DNA of 39,771 nucleotides from a virus, in UHGV virus genome UHGV-0121943, one strand, 5' to 3'. Positions 1 through 9,278 of this stretch are shown piece by piece. Under the pieces are notes generated by a model, which saw only the letters and a list, made by a program, of their open reading frames with translations, ran no database searches and had not been told where the DNA came from. A program made the position numbers and the translations under genes. The first letter of the stretch is position 1, and each line of letters begins with the position of its first letter.

Positions 1-35
1 AATATACCTATCTATTTGTTATTCCTATCAAATAA

Positions 36-55
36 GGTGCAAGCTAGTCGCACCA
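36..55. other. Putative attP core (tRNA 3'-end-like CTAGTCGCACCA)
   Basis: GGTGCA-AGCTAGT-CGCACC is an imperfect inverted repeat around a 7-bp spacer. It ends in ACCA like a tRNA 3' end, is followed by a terminator, and is flanked by arm-type repeats next to int. There is no T-loop upstream, so it is not an intact tRNA. Confidence 0.6.
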
Positions 56-61
56 CCTATC

Positions 62-90
62 AAAGCCAGTAAATTTCTACTGGCTTTTTT
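62..90 (+). terminator. Rho-independent terminator after the att core
   Basis: AAAGCCAGTA-AATTTC-TACTGGCTTT stem running into a T-tract. Confidence 0.8.
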
Positions 91-111
91 CTTTCCTAAA
101 ATTCACTTCTA

Positions 112-124
112 AATCAATGATTTA
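112..124 (+). promoter_or_regulatory. IHF binding site in the attP arm
   Basis: AATCAATGATTTA matches WATCAANNNNTTR and lies between the core and the arm repeats. Confidence 0.6.
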
Positions 125-169
125 CACACAATTAACACAATCCATCACTAAAATTTTAAGCCTCAAATA

Positions 170-198
170 TTGCCAACTTTTAGTTATTTTTATATATT
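170..198 (+). promoter_or_regulatory. Putative sigma70 promoter of int
   Basis: TTGCCA (170-175), 17 bp, TATATT (193-198). Confidence 0.5.
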
Positions 199-207
199 TT
201 TAGCCAT

Positions 208-250
208 TGATTACGCCAAAATTACGCAAAATTTTGTGCGATTACGCCAA
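208..250 (+). repeat. Integrase arm-type binding repeats (ATTACGCCAA-like x3)
   Basis: TGATTACGCCAA 208-219, ATTACGCAAA 221-230, GATTACGCCAA 240-250; the same motif recurs at 39752-39771. Confidence 0.7.
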
Positions 251-270
251 TTAAAAGTGTGAGGTGAGAT

Positions 271-1257
271 ATGGCTACAATGCGGAAACGTGGCGATAAA
301 TGGCGAGTAGAGATTTATAAGAATGGAATAAGAAAATCTAAGACTTGTAAAACAAAAGCGGAAGCCACTCAATGGGCCTTAGAAGAAGAAAAGAAATTAG
401 AGCTACGAGAACAAGGGTTACAGCCTGAAACCGTCTTAGCGGACGTTGTAGAGCGTTATTTGCGAGAAATTACGCCAACCAAGCGAGGAATACGCCACGA
501 AACTTTGAGATTAAACAAATTCGCTAGACATCCGATATGTAATAAATTTATCGGTGATGTAACGAGAAAAGATTTTGAATTGTGGATAGCAGAAAGAGAA
601 AAAGAAGTTAGCGGCGAGAGTATTAGACGGGAATTATCCACCATCAGAAATATTTTTAATGTTGCTGTCGAACGTTGGAATTATATTGAAAAAAATCCAA
701 TGATAGGTTTGGTTTTGCCGAAAGGAAGTGAGCCAAGAACTCAACGCTATTCAGATGAAGAAATAGAAAGAATACTCTACGTTAGCGGTTATAACGATAC
801 ACTTAAAACGATAAGAGCAAGAAGTGGTGCTGCTATGCTATTTGCGATTGAAACAGCTATGCGAGCAGGTGAAATTTGCGGATTGACTTGGGATAATGTG
901 AATTTAGAGAAAAGAACTGCTTATCTACCAATGACTAAAAATGGCACTTCTCGGACTGTTCCATTGACAAGAAATGCTGTGGCTATTCTTGAAAGATTGA
1001 AAAAAGAGATTGGAAACACTGGATTGTGCTTTCAATTAGATACCCGTTCACTTGATGCTGCTTTCAGAAAGATTAAGAAAATGGCAATGTGCGAGCATTT
1101 ACGCTTCCACGATACGAGACGAGAGGCGCTGACGAGATTGGCTAAGAAAGTCGATGTGATGACATTAGCTAAAATATCGGGGCATAAAGACATCAGAATA
1201 CTTCAAAATGTCTATTACGCCCCGAATATGGAAGAAGTCGCTGAACTTCTAGATTAA
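271..1257 (+). CDS. int: Tyrosine recombinase / phage integrase
   Basis: TAMRAGEI (R), TKNG (K), FHDTRR (HxxR), SGHKD (H), NVYY (Y); N-terminal arm-binding-type segment; RBS GAGGTG. Confidence 0.95.
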   Translation: MATMRKRGDKWRVEIYKNGIRKSKTCKTKAEATQWALEEEKKLELREQGLQPETVLADVVERYLREITPTKRGIRHETLRLNKFARHPICNKFIGDVTRKDFELWIAEREKEVSGESIRRELSTIRNIFNVAVERWNYIEKNPMIGLVLPKGSEPRTQRYSDEEIERILYVSGYNDTLKTIRARSGAAMLFAIETAMRAGEICGLTWDNVNLEKRTAYLPMTKNGTSRTVPLTRNAVAILERLKKEIGNTGLCFQLDTRSLDAAFRKIKKMAMCEHLRFHDTRREALTRLAKKVDVMTLAKISGHKDIRILQNVYYAPNMEEVAELLD

Positions 1258-1958
1258 GGCAAAACTTCTGGGAATGGATCGTCTGTTATCCAGCTGATAA
1301 CAGGCATGCGCATATAATCAAGGTCTGCTGTTGGTACTTTATCCTTGAACCTTAACTCAATATAACTTCTATCAGATATACTAGCAACATACACAGTGGC
1401 AATATTCTCGCCTTCATCACTATAAAACGGAAGCATAATAGGGGTACTGGTACGGAATCCAGATGGTATTTGATAATTTGGTAAAATATCCATTCGTTTG
1501 ACGTGGTTTTTTCTCGTGAATTTAGGATTACTACTCCCATAAAATGAAATAGTGTCCCAACGACCTTTGCTGAAAGAACACTCAACTGTGTTGTTCACTC
1601 GTCTTAAATGGATAGCCCCCTCCTTAATATTCACAGACGTGTTACTCATTCGTCTGGCGCCAGTATCAGCAGATATAACAACCCATTTGTTGTTTTGTTT
1701 CTGCCAAAGATATGCACCAACACCTGCACCGTTTGTTGAGTTGTAGAAAGTGCCATTTGGCTCATTGCCTTTAATCTTATTTGCTACGCCATTTAATTCA
1801 TCTCCTGTTGTATAAGGTTTATCTGGCCTACCATTTCCAGTAATTATCATTGAATCACTAGATTGGCTGCCGCTACTGGTTGGAATTTTCTTTTCAATTC
1901 GCTTAATTTCACTGCCGACAAATTCAGCGAATTCAGTTACGCCAGTTTGAAATGTCAT
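1254..1958 (-). CDS. Putative distal fibre / receptor-binding protein
   Basis: Last gene of the late operon; N-terminal TEFAEFVG motif shared with 1958-2446; Ser-rich linker followed by a beta-rich domain. Confidence 0.55.
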   Translation of the reverse strand: MTFQTGVTEFAEFVGSEIKRIEKKIPTSSGSQSSDSMIITGNGRPDKPYTTGDELNGVANKIKGNEPNGTFYNSTNGAGVGAYLWQKQNNKWVVISADTGARRMSNTSVNIKEGAIHLRRVNNTVECSFSKGRWDTISFYGSSNPKFTRKNHVKRMDILPNYQIPSGFRTSTPIMLPFYSDEGENIATVYVASISDRSYIELRFKDKVPTADLDYMRMPVISWITDDPFPEVLP

Positions 1959-2446
1959 TATTTATTGTAACCTCTATTGTAGGATTCTTTTAAATTCACA
2001 CTATCTAGAGCAGTGAATTTTTGATTGAGCGTGGTTAATGCTTCATTGGATTGTGAGATTTTTTGAATGAGTTTGTTCAAGCCATCTTCGCCTGTTTGAA
2101 TGCCTTTTAGCATCTCACCAAGCTCTTTAATAGTATCAATGCTTGCATCTACTTCGCCACCCAATAACTCATTTTTGACATCAGATTTCGCTTTGTCTAA
2201 AAGCTCAAATATCTTTTTAGCTGACAATGTTGATGTCTCATTTGTCGCGCTGTCATTAATACCAGCCGCACTGCTTGATAGGCTGTTGATTCGCTGATTC
2301 ATCTCATTGATTGCGCCAACAAGTGTTTCTTTCTGAGATGTTGTCAGACTTTGCATGTCCCCGATAAGCTTTACAATCTCTTTATCTTTCATGCCGACAA
2401 ATTCAGCAAATTCTGTGATTGTTTGGTAAAATTCTTGGGCTGCCAT
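1958..2446 (-). CDS. Putative coiled-coil fibre segment
   Basis: IGDMQSLTTSQKETLVGAINEM resembles a motif common in phage fibre proteins; helical heptads; translationally coupled to its neighbours. Confidence 0.55.
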   Translation of the reverse strand: MAAQEFYQTITEFAEFVGMKDKEIVKLIGDMQSLTTSQKETLVGAINEMNQRINSLSSSAAGINDSATNETSTLSAKKIFELLDKAKSDVKNELLGGEVDASIDTIKELGEMLKGIQTGEDGLNKLIQKISQSNEALTTLNQKFTALDSVNLKESYNRGYNK

Positions 2447-2447
2447 C

Positions 2448-2585
2448 TTATAAAGCTCCTATATTATAAAAAGTTTTTAATTCTTCGAGGGTTGGGATTT
2501 TTTCCTTTCTCTCGCCAATCTCTTTTATTAAACGCACTTTAACCTTGATGTTAGGTCTTGAACGTTTAACTAATCTAATAATCAT
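2448..2585 (-). CDS. 45-aa small protein (not in the ORF track)
   Basis: MIIRLVKRSRPNIKVKVRLIKEIGERKEKIPTLEELKTFYNIGAL; ATGA overlap with the upstream gene; fills the gap exactly. Confidence 0.7.
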   Translation of the reverse strand: MIIRLVKRSRPNIKVKVRLIKEIGERKEKIPTLEELKTFYNIGAL

Positions 2586-2917
2586 CTCGCCTCCGTTATA
2601 TCGTGGATAAGCGTAAATTCACCACCAGCAAGCGTTCTCACTAATCCTTGCGGACTGGTACACTGTAAATCCCAGCTTGCGGTCTCCCACTTCGCCCCTA
2701 GTGTTTTATCGTGTGACAATGTAACCGTTACTAGATTTTCGCTTACAGTAATTTCACCTGTTTCAGTTGATAGCTTGATAATCTCGCCTTTCTTCGGCTC
2801 AATCCACATATCAAATCGACTTCCAGTTAAATCACTCTTCCGCTCGTCATCCTCTAGGATTTCAAAAGTCCATCCGTCATCATCACCACGCACTGTTTCT
2901 AGCTCAATGTTTTCCAT
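2582..2917 (-). CDS. Virion accessory protein, BppU N-terminal-like Ig fold
   Basis: MENIELETVRGDD...DLTGS...WDLQ...LAGGEFTL pattern; RBS GGAG before the ATG at 2917. Confidence 0.55.
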   Translation of the reverse strand: MENIELETVRGDDDGWTFEILEDDERKSDLTGSRFDMWIEPKKGEIIKLSTETGEITVSENLVTVTLSHDKTLGAKWETASWDLQCTSPQGLVRTLAGGEFTLIHDITEAR

Positions 2918-2928
2918 TTTTGCTCCAA

Positions 2929-2969
2929 ATAAAAACCGCACGATGATTTCTCAAAGTGCGGTTGATTTT
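2929..2969 (-). terminator. Hairpin terminator built from uptake-signal-like inverted repeats
   Basis: AAAACCGCAC...AAGTGCGGTT with a perfect USS at 2954-2962; T-tract on the minus strand. Confidence 0.6.
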
Positions 2970-2981
2970 AGTTAAGGTTGA

Positions 2982-3275
2982 TTAGATTACGATTTGACCG
3001 TTTTCTTTCAAATAGGAATAAATCCGTTCCAAATCAATCTGCTCTGTTGTTTTACCAATGTCATCTTTGGTTAATGGTTTACTCATCAGCTCTTTTGCGG
3101 CTACTGCATCAATCCATTTATAATCAGAAATGATTGGCACAAAGTTCGTTACAGAGCCATCGCTATCTTCGCCAGTACCTAATACATATTTAGCGCTTAT
3201 TGAGCCGTCCTCTTGTCGGGAATAAGTGGCAATCGCTGAATACATTGGATTTAAGATTTTGTTGAATGTTGTCAT
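2982..3275 (-). CDS. Hypothetical protein downstream of the tail tip (possible assembly chaperone)
   Basis: RBS AGGAG before MTTFNK at 3275; directly follows J. Confidence 0.7.
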   Translation of the reverse strand: MTTFNKILNPMYSAIATYSRQEDGSISAKYVLGTGEDSDGSVTNFVPIISDYKWIDAVAAKELMSKPLTKDDIGKTTEQIDLERIYSYLKENGQIVI

Positions 3276-3283
3276 TTTTACTC

Positions 3284-6200
3284 CTAGCCTTGTGTTATTG
3301 TTCTTGTGTTTGATACTGCGTAAGCTGTAATGCACAGTTTAGCAGTACGCCCATCGCCAAACTCAAAAAGTTCTGGTGGTTTTTCATCATGATTTGTATA
3401 TAAAAACCTATGCGATTGATTAGCCTCAACCGTGAATGTTTTGTGCGAATTAACAATGAAGAAAATTCGCTTAACAGGCGAGGGGGCTATGTTTATCCAC
3501 ACTTGATAGAAGTCAAGAGCCCTATAAACAGTGATAATAGCAACCTCACACAAATTACCACCAACCAACTGATTGACCTCAAGCGTACCAGTGAACTTAC
3601 CAGTTACGCCCTCTAATCTTGCACCTTTTATCGTGCCACCCTCAATAACTGAACCTTTAACAGAGCCACCGTTTACAGTTGTACCTGTGATTGTTCCGCC
3701 AGATATGGTATTCCCACTGATAGTTGTACCTGTGATTGTTCCTGCTGTAATTCGACCAATATCAGAACTAATCGCAGAAAGACTGGATACATTTAGCTTA
3801 TCAGAAGTCAATGATCGTGTAGCAATATGGTCTGCTCCGATACTACCAGCTGCAATATGTTTCGCAGCTACTGCACCAGTTGCAATCTCATTGGCTGTAA
3901 TACTATTAGCCGCCATTTGTTGAGTGGTGATTGATTTTGTAACAATCGAGCCACCATGAATAGCAGTTACACCAGCATTTTGCCACGGGCTAGGTTGAGT
4001 TGTGTATTCTGTACACTCTTCGAGCATTGGGTTTGCTATTTTAAGTGTGGCGACTGATTGCATGTCACGCATAACACAAGTAACTAACACATACCCAGAA
4101 TTAGGTGCTGTGAAGAATACGTGAGTGCGAGTTGATGGGTCAATGCTGCCACTCCCCTCTTCCATCGCTCCTGACTGCGAATATCCAGAAATACTTCTAC
4201 CTTTTCGTCCAGAAAAAGCAAAGTCTCGCACCCATCTTTCACCATCACTGGAAAGCTCTTGCACCATTAGTTCGCCAGTGCAAGCCCAAGCATCAATAAA
4301 AGCTGAAAAGCAGTATCTTTGATTTGGCACAACTCTCACTTTTTGCGATGCGATCTGCCACCAGCTTGATACGGATGAATTAGCCGTGACTTCTGCGATT
4401 AAAACCGCTCCATTAGTGACTAATCCGTTAAACTTAGTGCTTGTTCGTCTTACTAGGCTTGTTGTTTGTTTTATTAACTCGCCATTTCCTCTGTTGTGAT
4501 CCCACCCATAAGCTCCATTATCAAAGATTGGATTATAAAGTAGATTGCCACCAAGCCCGATTGCCATTTTGTCAGCAGTTATTTGCCCTGCCGCCATGTG
4601 TTCAGCTCGCACCGCTCCAGCTTGTAATGCACCAGCTCCGATTGTGTTAGCCCCAATTTGGTCAGCTTGTAAAGTGCCGACTAATTGAGTTGTCTTAATA
4701 CGGATACCGCTTGCATCAATGCCATTTTCAAGGTATTTGCTACCGTTCCATGTATAGAGTTTACCGTCTGCGGTGTTGTAAATCTGTTTATGTCCTTGAT
4801 ATTCGCCAGTGTTCAAACCATTGACCGTTTTAATCAAATCAAGATTGCGGGCCGGTAAAGCAGTGTCAATGACTTCATCAACGATGTTTTGAGAGAGCTT
4901 TTTATTTAAAACCTCTAACTCCGCATCAATATCAACAGAGCTTTCACCACGCAAGCCACTTTGCTGACTAAATGGCCCAACGTTCACGCCTCTAGCGTGT
5001 CTTAGCCAGTAGTATCTAACTTTCTTAGCTCCGACTTCGTGCGTGTACATTCTCGCTGTAACTTTCGTTAAGCGTGTAGCTGTCTTAATATCGTCTGTTT
5101 CACTAACAAAAATCTCTGTAGCTGTGGCATCATTAACCCAATCCCACTCGATTGTGATATTTCCTAGTCCACCAGTAACTCTTACGCCTGTTGGAGCTGG
5201 CGGTTTATCAATAACAAAAGTTTGCGTTCTTTCGCTTAGAACTTGCCCTTTATCATTCTTAACTTGGATTAAAACTGAATATTCGCCATTTTCTAAACTG
5301 TCCAGATTTAGATTTGGAGAGGTTTGACCAAGTCTAATATCGTACAACGCACCGTCTTTATAGATACGGAAGTCATACTTAATAACACCATTCCCACCAG
5401 TAACATCACCAGCAAACGATATGCTACCGTCAGGATTAACCGTTACACCAATATTGCTTACCTGTGGCACAGCAAGAATTGATGTTGCCTTAGGCTCGAA
5501 TTTCGCACCATTATCAACAATCGCCTCTTTCTGTGGTTCGTGCTGCAAGGCTGTGATGGTATATTTACCCTTGTTTTCCTCTTTTACAGATAAAGCCTTA
5601 AATAATTGGCTTGTTACCTGTTGAGTACTTAACGACCACACGCCATAAGCCTCCAGCCCTACTGGCTCTTGGTCTAAAGTAATTTCAGCGCCATTTACAG
5701 ATACAATCTTAATATCTTGATGTTTAGCTTGAGCATTAATGTAGCTAAAATAGCTATTACCATTGACCGATATTTCTCGGTCTAAGGTAACTTTTTTACC
5801 ATTAACCGATAAAACTCGACCGCCAACATTAGTACCTGCGTAATATGTATCAGCAACTTTAATAATGTCACCGGGTACGTGCATTAAGCCCTCTGCACCG
5901 ACTGCAAAGGTAACAGTTTTAGTCTCTAATTTCTCAGTTTGTAACAGCCATAAACCTGTTCTGTGTGCTTGCCCTCGAGAAGTACAGCCAAAGGCTGTTA
6001 TTTTCTTAACGTTTAAGCCATTTCTACGGATAGATTCATCGTCAGAAACGTACTCAATTGCTTTCTCGTAACCGTTATCCTTGTCTGCATATTCGACTTG
6101 TATTGCATTATGACGAGCCTTTTTCGCTGAGAATGTATAGTTAAACTCACCATTCTCTACGTTTGCGTTTGTGTATGTCCAAACTGGATCTGACGGTCTA

Positions 6201-7267
6201 TCCATTACAACCGTTAGTTGTTGACCGTTCCACACTGGCATTGCCCTAAAGATTGAGCAAATATCATTAATCACATCATACGCAGAGCGTTGTTCTGTTA
6301 GCCACGCATTACAAGTAAATCTAGGCTCTTGACCACCGAAACCATCTGGCACCAATTGGTCACAGTATTGAGAAACTTGATACAAAGTCCACTTATCTGC
6401 TCCGAATTCGCCTAATCTATTGCCTAATCCGTAACGTTTACTTGTGACTACATCGTATAAAATCCAAGCTGGATTATCCGTCCAGTCAGTTTTAAAAGTG
6501 CCATTCCACATTCCTGTGTATTTACGAGTGCGTGTGTCGTAATTGCTCGGCACCTTTACTCTTAAACCTAACAAGTCATAGGTTCGAGCTGGAATATTGC
6601 TAAAATACTCAGAGTCAAACTTAACACCGATTAAAGCAGTGTTTGGATAAGTAAACTCAGTATCAATAATCTCGGTGTAACTAGACCATACTGTATTGTT
6701 TTGCAGTCTTTGTGATTTACTATCTTCCGTTTTTCGCTCTACTTTTACGGTAAACGGAACTGGAGGTAAATTGTCAAAAGTGTGTTGTTGTAGATATTGA
6801 GAGCTGTATTTTCCACTAATTGAAACAGGGTAAGATTGTGAGCCAATAGTAATAACAAGCTCTACCGTTGTTCCGCTTGTGTCGCCATTTTCAGCCTGAC
6901 TAAAGAGCGACTGGACACCAATGGTTAATCTCAAACGAGAGACTTTGCCATCTGTAACGGTTCGTGTAATCGGTAAATTCTTTCTAACTTGCGTTCCAAC
7001 ACTAACCTCTTTCTCCGAGGTATTAAAACCAGCAATTACATCTTGAACTTGGCTACCAACTCGCCCCTCTAATTGAACGTTGTTGAAGTTATAGGAGCCG
7101 TCTTTGTTTTGAACTGGAGTGTTGTCAAAATAGACGGACTTCATTCCATCGGCTAATCCCTCAATCTCACCATCTGAAATTACTTCAACAATCTTGACCA
7201 GCTGCTTACTTCGACTTGTTTCTTTAGCTTCAACAGGCGTATGACCGCCACCGCCACCTTTACCCAT
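3284..7267 (-). CDS. Tail tip / host specificity protein (lambda gpJ family)
   Basis: MGKGGGGGHTPVEAKE start, WTDNPAWILYD, FGCTSRGQAHR, FN3-like repeats, C-terminal small-residue repeats. Confidence 0.95.
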   Translation of the reverse strand: MGKGGGGGHTPVEAKETSRSKQLVKIVEVISDGEIEGLADGMKSVYFDNTPVQNKDGSYNFNNVQLEGRVGSQVQDVIAGFNTSEKEVSVGTQVRKNLPITRTVTDGKVSRLRLTIGVQSLFSQAENGDTSGTTVELVITIGSQSYPVSISGKYSSQYLQQHTFDNLPPVPFTVKVERKTEDSKSQRLQNNTVWSSYTEIIDTEFTYPNTALIGVKFDSEYFSNIPARTYDLLGLRVKVPSNYDTRTRKYTGMWNGTFKTDWTDNPAWILYDVVTSKRYGLGNRLGEFGADKWTLYQVSQYCDQLVPDGFGGQEPRFTCNAWLTEQRSAYDVINDICSIFRAMPVWNGQQLTVVMDRPSDPVWTYTNANVENGEFNYTFSAKKARHNAIQVEYADKDNGYEKAIEYVSDDESIRRNGLNVKKITAFGCTSRGQAHRTGLWLLQTEKLETKTVTFAVGAEGLMHVPGDIIKVADTYYAGTNVGGRVLSVNGKKVTLDREISVNGNSYFSYINAQAKHQDIKIVSVNGAEITLDQEPVGLEAYGVWSLSTQQVTSQLFKALSVKEENKGKYTITALQHEPQKEAIVDNGAKFEPKATSILAVPQVSNIGVTVNPDGSISFAGDVTGGNGVIKYDFRIYKDGALYDIRLGQTSPNLNLDSLENGEYSVLIQVKNDKGQVLSERTQTFVIDKPPAPTGVRVTGGLGNITIEWDWVNDATATEIFVSETDDIKTATRLTKVTARMYTHEVGAKKVRYYWLRHARGVNVGPFSQQSGLRGESSVDIDAELEVLNKKLSQNIVDEVIDTALPARNLDLIKTVNGLNTGEYQGHKQIYNTADGKLYTWNGSKYLENGIDASGIRIKTTQLVGTLQADQIGANTIGAGALQAGAVRAEHMAAGQITADKMAIGLGGNLLYNPIFDNGAYGWDHNRGNGELIKQTTSLVRRTSTKFNGLVTNGAVLIAEVTANSSVSSWWQIASQKVRVVPNQRYCFSAFIDAWACTGELMVQELSSDGERWVRDFAFSGRKGRSISGYSQSGAMEEGSGSIDPSTRTHVFFTAPNSGYVLVTCVMRDMQSVATLKIANPMLEECTEYTTQPSPWQNAGVTAIHGGSIVTKSITTQQMAANSITANEIATGAVAAKHIAAGSIGADHIATRSLTSDKLNVSSLSAISSDIGRITAGTITGTTISGNTISGGTITGTTVNGGSVKGSVIEGGTIKGARLEGVTGKFTGTLEVNQLVGGNLCEVAIITVYRALDFYQVWINIAPSPVKRIFFIVNSHKTFTVEANQSHRFLYTNHDEKPPELFEFGDGRTAKLCITAYAVSNTRTITQG

Positions 7268-7269
7268 TG

Positions 7270-7887
7270 TTAACTCCTATTTCTAAATCGTGGTACCATC
7301 TTGCCTTTTTTATCTTCTGGAGGCTGTCGCTCAATATCCATTGTCTCAACACCTTGAGAGATAATTAGTGAGCCAACTCTAATCCGTCCATAAGCAAGTG
7401 GCATTGGACGACCTTGCGCCGCCATATTCGAGAGATTTGAAAAGCTAGTTGATTGTTTTTTCTCAACATCTTTTCCAGTGGACATTGATGGCATTTTTGT
7501 AAGCATTTGAGCTACACCGCCAGCCATTAAACCGATACCGCCAGCGATTAACGTTGCACCACCAGCCCAAGAAGTGAAAGCACCAACTACAACCATCACC
7601 GCACCAACTATAGTTTGAAATAAACCTGCTTTTTTTGAGCCTTTTAAAACTGGCGTGAAATGCACTGTCGCATCTTCTTTTAAGTGTTGGTTTAACCCCT
7701 GTTCAAGATAGCGGTTATCCAAATACTCTCGTCCGACTCTTACGGTAAATAAGCCTTGCTGAATAAACTGTCTTAACTTTGGAATTTGACTTGTTAGAGC
7801 TTGAACAACTTCGGCAGGAGTTTTGCAATCTAGCCTAAATTCAGCTCCAAACTGTTTAAGGGAACCGTAAAATCTAACGTTGACCAT
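7270..7887 (-). CDS. Tail assembly protein I
   Basis: VRFYGSLKQFG, hydrophobic Gly-rich segment, QGRPMPLAYG; position between K and J. Confidence 0.9.
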   Translation of the reverse strand: MVNVRFYGSLKQFGAEFRLDCKTPAEVVQALTSQIPKLRQFIQQGLFTVRVGREYLDNRYLEQGLNQHLKEDATVHFTPVLKGSKKAGLFQTIVGAVMVVVGAFTSWAGGATLIAGGIGLMAGGVAQMLTKMPSMSTGKDVEKKQSTSFSNLSNMAAQGRPMPLAYGRIRVGSLIISQGVETMDIERQPPEDKKGKMVPRFRNRS

Positions 7888-8564
7888 TCTCTGTGCCTCC
7901 AAATACTGTGCGTGTGTTTAAGCCAATAACCATCGTACAAATCACGCTTAGATAATCGTTTTGGTGCGTGATGCAATACCATTTGATCGCCTACATAAAC
8001 AGCAGCGTGATTAGGCACATTTGCCCCTACGCTAATTAAAATCACATCACCAATTTGAGGTTCTTTAACTTGCTCAAATCCTTGTTTGTCAATATTGTCT
8101 AAATAGAGATTTTTGCCATCTTCCCACCAGTAATCTTCACGCTCAAAATCAGGCAATTCGCAGCCTGACAAACGGTAAAAATCTCTAAATAGCGTGTAGC
8201 AATCCATCTCACCGTGATTGAACTCACGACCGATTAAAAATGGGATTTTCGGGAAAACATGGATTTCTTCATCGCAAACTAACCAAAAATCTAATTGGCT
8301 ATATAATTGTGTTTGTAAATCTGATTGAGAGAGTTTTGGCTCGCCTTGTGGGTGTGAGTGGACCAATGCCACAATCTCACCTTTCTCTGATGCGTTGATG
8401 TAATCTTCTGGCGTAATCTCAAAATGATTTCCCTTATCTTCTGCTACGTTTTCGCAAGGTGTAAAGACTTTTTCGCTAGCCACTAAAACAACAAAACCAC
8501 AGCTTTCCTGTGGTTCTTTTGATTTCGAGTAACGGATTATTTCGTTGTGTAGTTTACCGTCCAT
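7830..8564 (-). CDS. Tail assembly protein K (JAB + NlpC/P60)
   Basis: ESCG, VHSHP (JAB); DCYTLFRD, NHAAVY, LHH (NlpC/P60). Confidence 0.92.
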   Translation of the reverse strand: MDGKLHNEIIRYSKSKEPQESCGFVVLVASEKVFTPCENVAEDKGNHFEITPEDYINASEKGEIVALVHSHPQGEPKLSQSDLQTQLYSQLDFWLVCDEEIHVFPKIPFLIGREFNHGEMDCYTLFRDFYRLSGCELPDFEREDYWWEDGKNLYLDNIDKQGFEQVKEPQIGDVILISVGANVPNHAAVYVGDQMVLHHAPKRLSKRDLYDGYWLKHTHSIWRHREWSTLDFTVPLNSLELNLG

Positions 8565-8567
8565 TAT

Positions 8568-9278
8568 CTACCCCAACTTATCAACGCTGACAAAACCGCC
8601 ATAGTTGTGCGTGTTGTTTCTTAGCTTGCAGCCAGTCAATAAACCGCTACACTTATCCTTTTTCGGGTCGGTTGTCGGTTGGTCTTTTTCGTCTGCCACC
8701 GCTCGCCCTGTATAACCGCACTCAACGCCACGATACAGCCAATTGCATGTAGATGTAATCATTCGTCCAATAAGTGCGTTATCCGTCTCGGACGGTAAGG
8801 CTAAAGTAAATTGAGCTACGTCTCGATTGAGTGAGGATAGCTGTTCAATCAAGAAATAACTCAATACTTCTTGCGATGGGTCTGCTTGCTTATTTCCATC
8901 TACGAAATTTACCGCATCGAGATAGTGCATATAGGCCAATCTACGTCTAACTACACCACCTAAGCACTGCTCAAAGCGATTACAAAGTGCGGTAATAAAC
9001 CCACCAACATTCCCAAGTGTTAATGTCGGTCGATTACTCGGTCCACTGCCTGACATTTCAAAGCCATCAGCTTTAACCGCAAATGGCTCATAAGTCTTGC
9101 CTTGCCATACGATAGATTGAGACTTTTCATTTTTGCCAGCATAAAAGCGATATAATTCGCCGTTTATGCCGTCAGCATCTTTTAAACCTCGCAAATCCAC
9201 TTCAAACAGCTCAATAAGTGCATTTTGCTCTAACTTGGCAAGATCTAGCTTGAATTGATTGCTAATTGCTTGTGGCAT
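8568..9278 (-). CDS. Minor tail protein L
   Basis: IELFEVDL, RPTLTLGN and C-terminal Cys cluster CNWLYRGVECGY...DKCS...GCKLR. Confidence 0.92.
   Translation of the reverse strand: MPQAISNQFKLDLAKLEQNALIELFEVDLRGLKDADGINGELYRFYAGKNEKSQSIVWQGKTYEPFAVKADGFEMSGSGPSNRPTLTLGNVGGFITALCNRFEQCLGGVVRRRLAYMHYLDAVNFVDGNKQADPSQEVLSYFLIEQLSSLNRDVAQFTLALPSETDNALIGRMITSTCNWLYRGVECGYTGRAVADEKDQPTTDPKKDKCSGLLTGCKLRNNTHNYGGFVSVDKLG

Noticed and set aside
1..60. Intact tRNA gene at the left end
   Set aside because: Only a 3'-end-like 12-mer is present, with no T-loop or cloverleaf upstream.
1254..7267. Diversity-generating retroelement or invertible tail-fibre switch
   Set aside because: No reverse transcriptase, no TR/VR repeat pair and no invertase seen.
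7830..7902. Frameshift or pseudogene at the K/I overlap
   Set aside because: Overlap of K and I is normal in lambda-like tails, and both proteins look full length.
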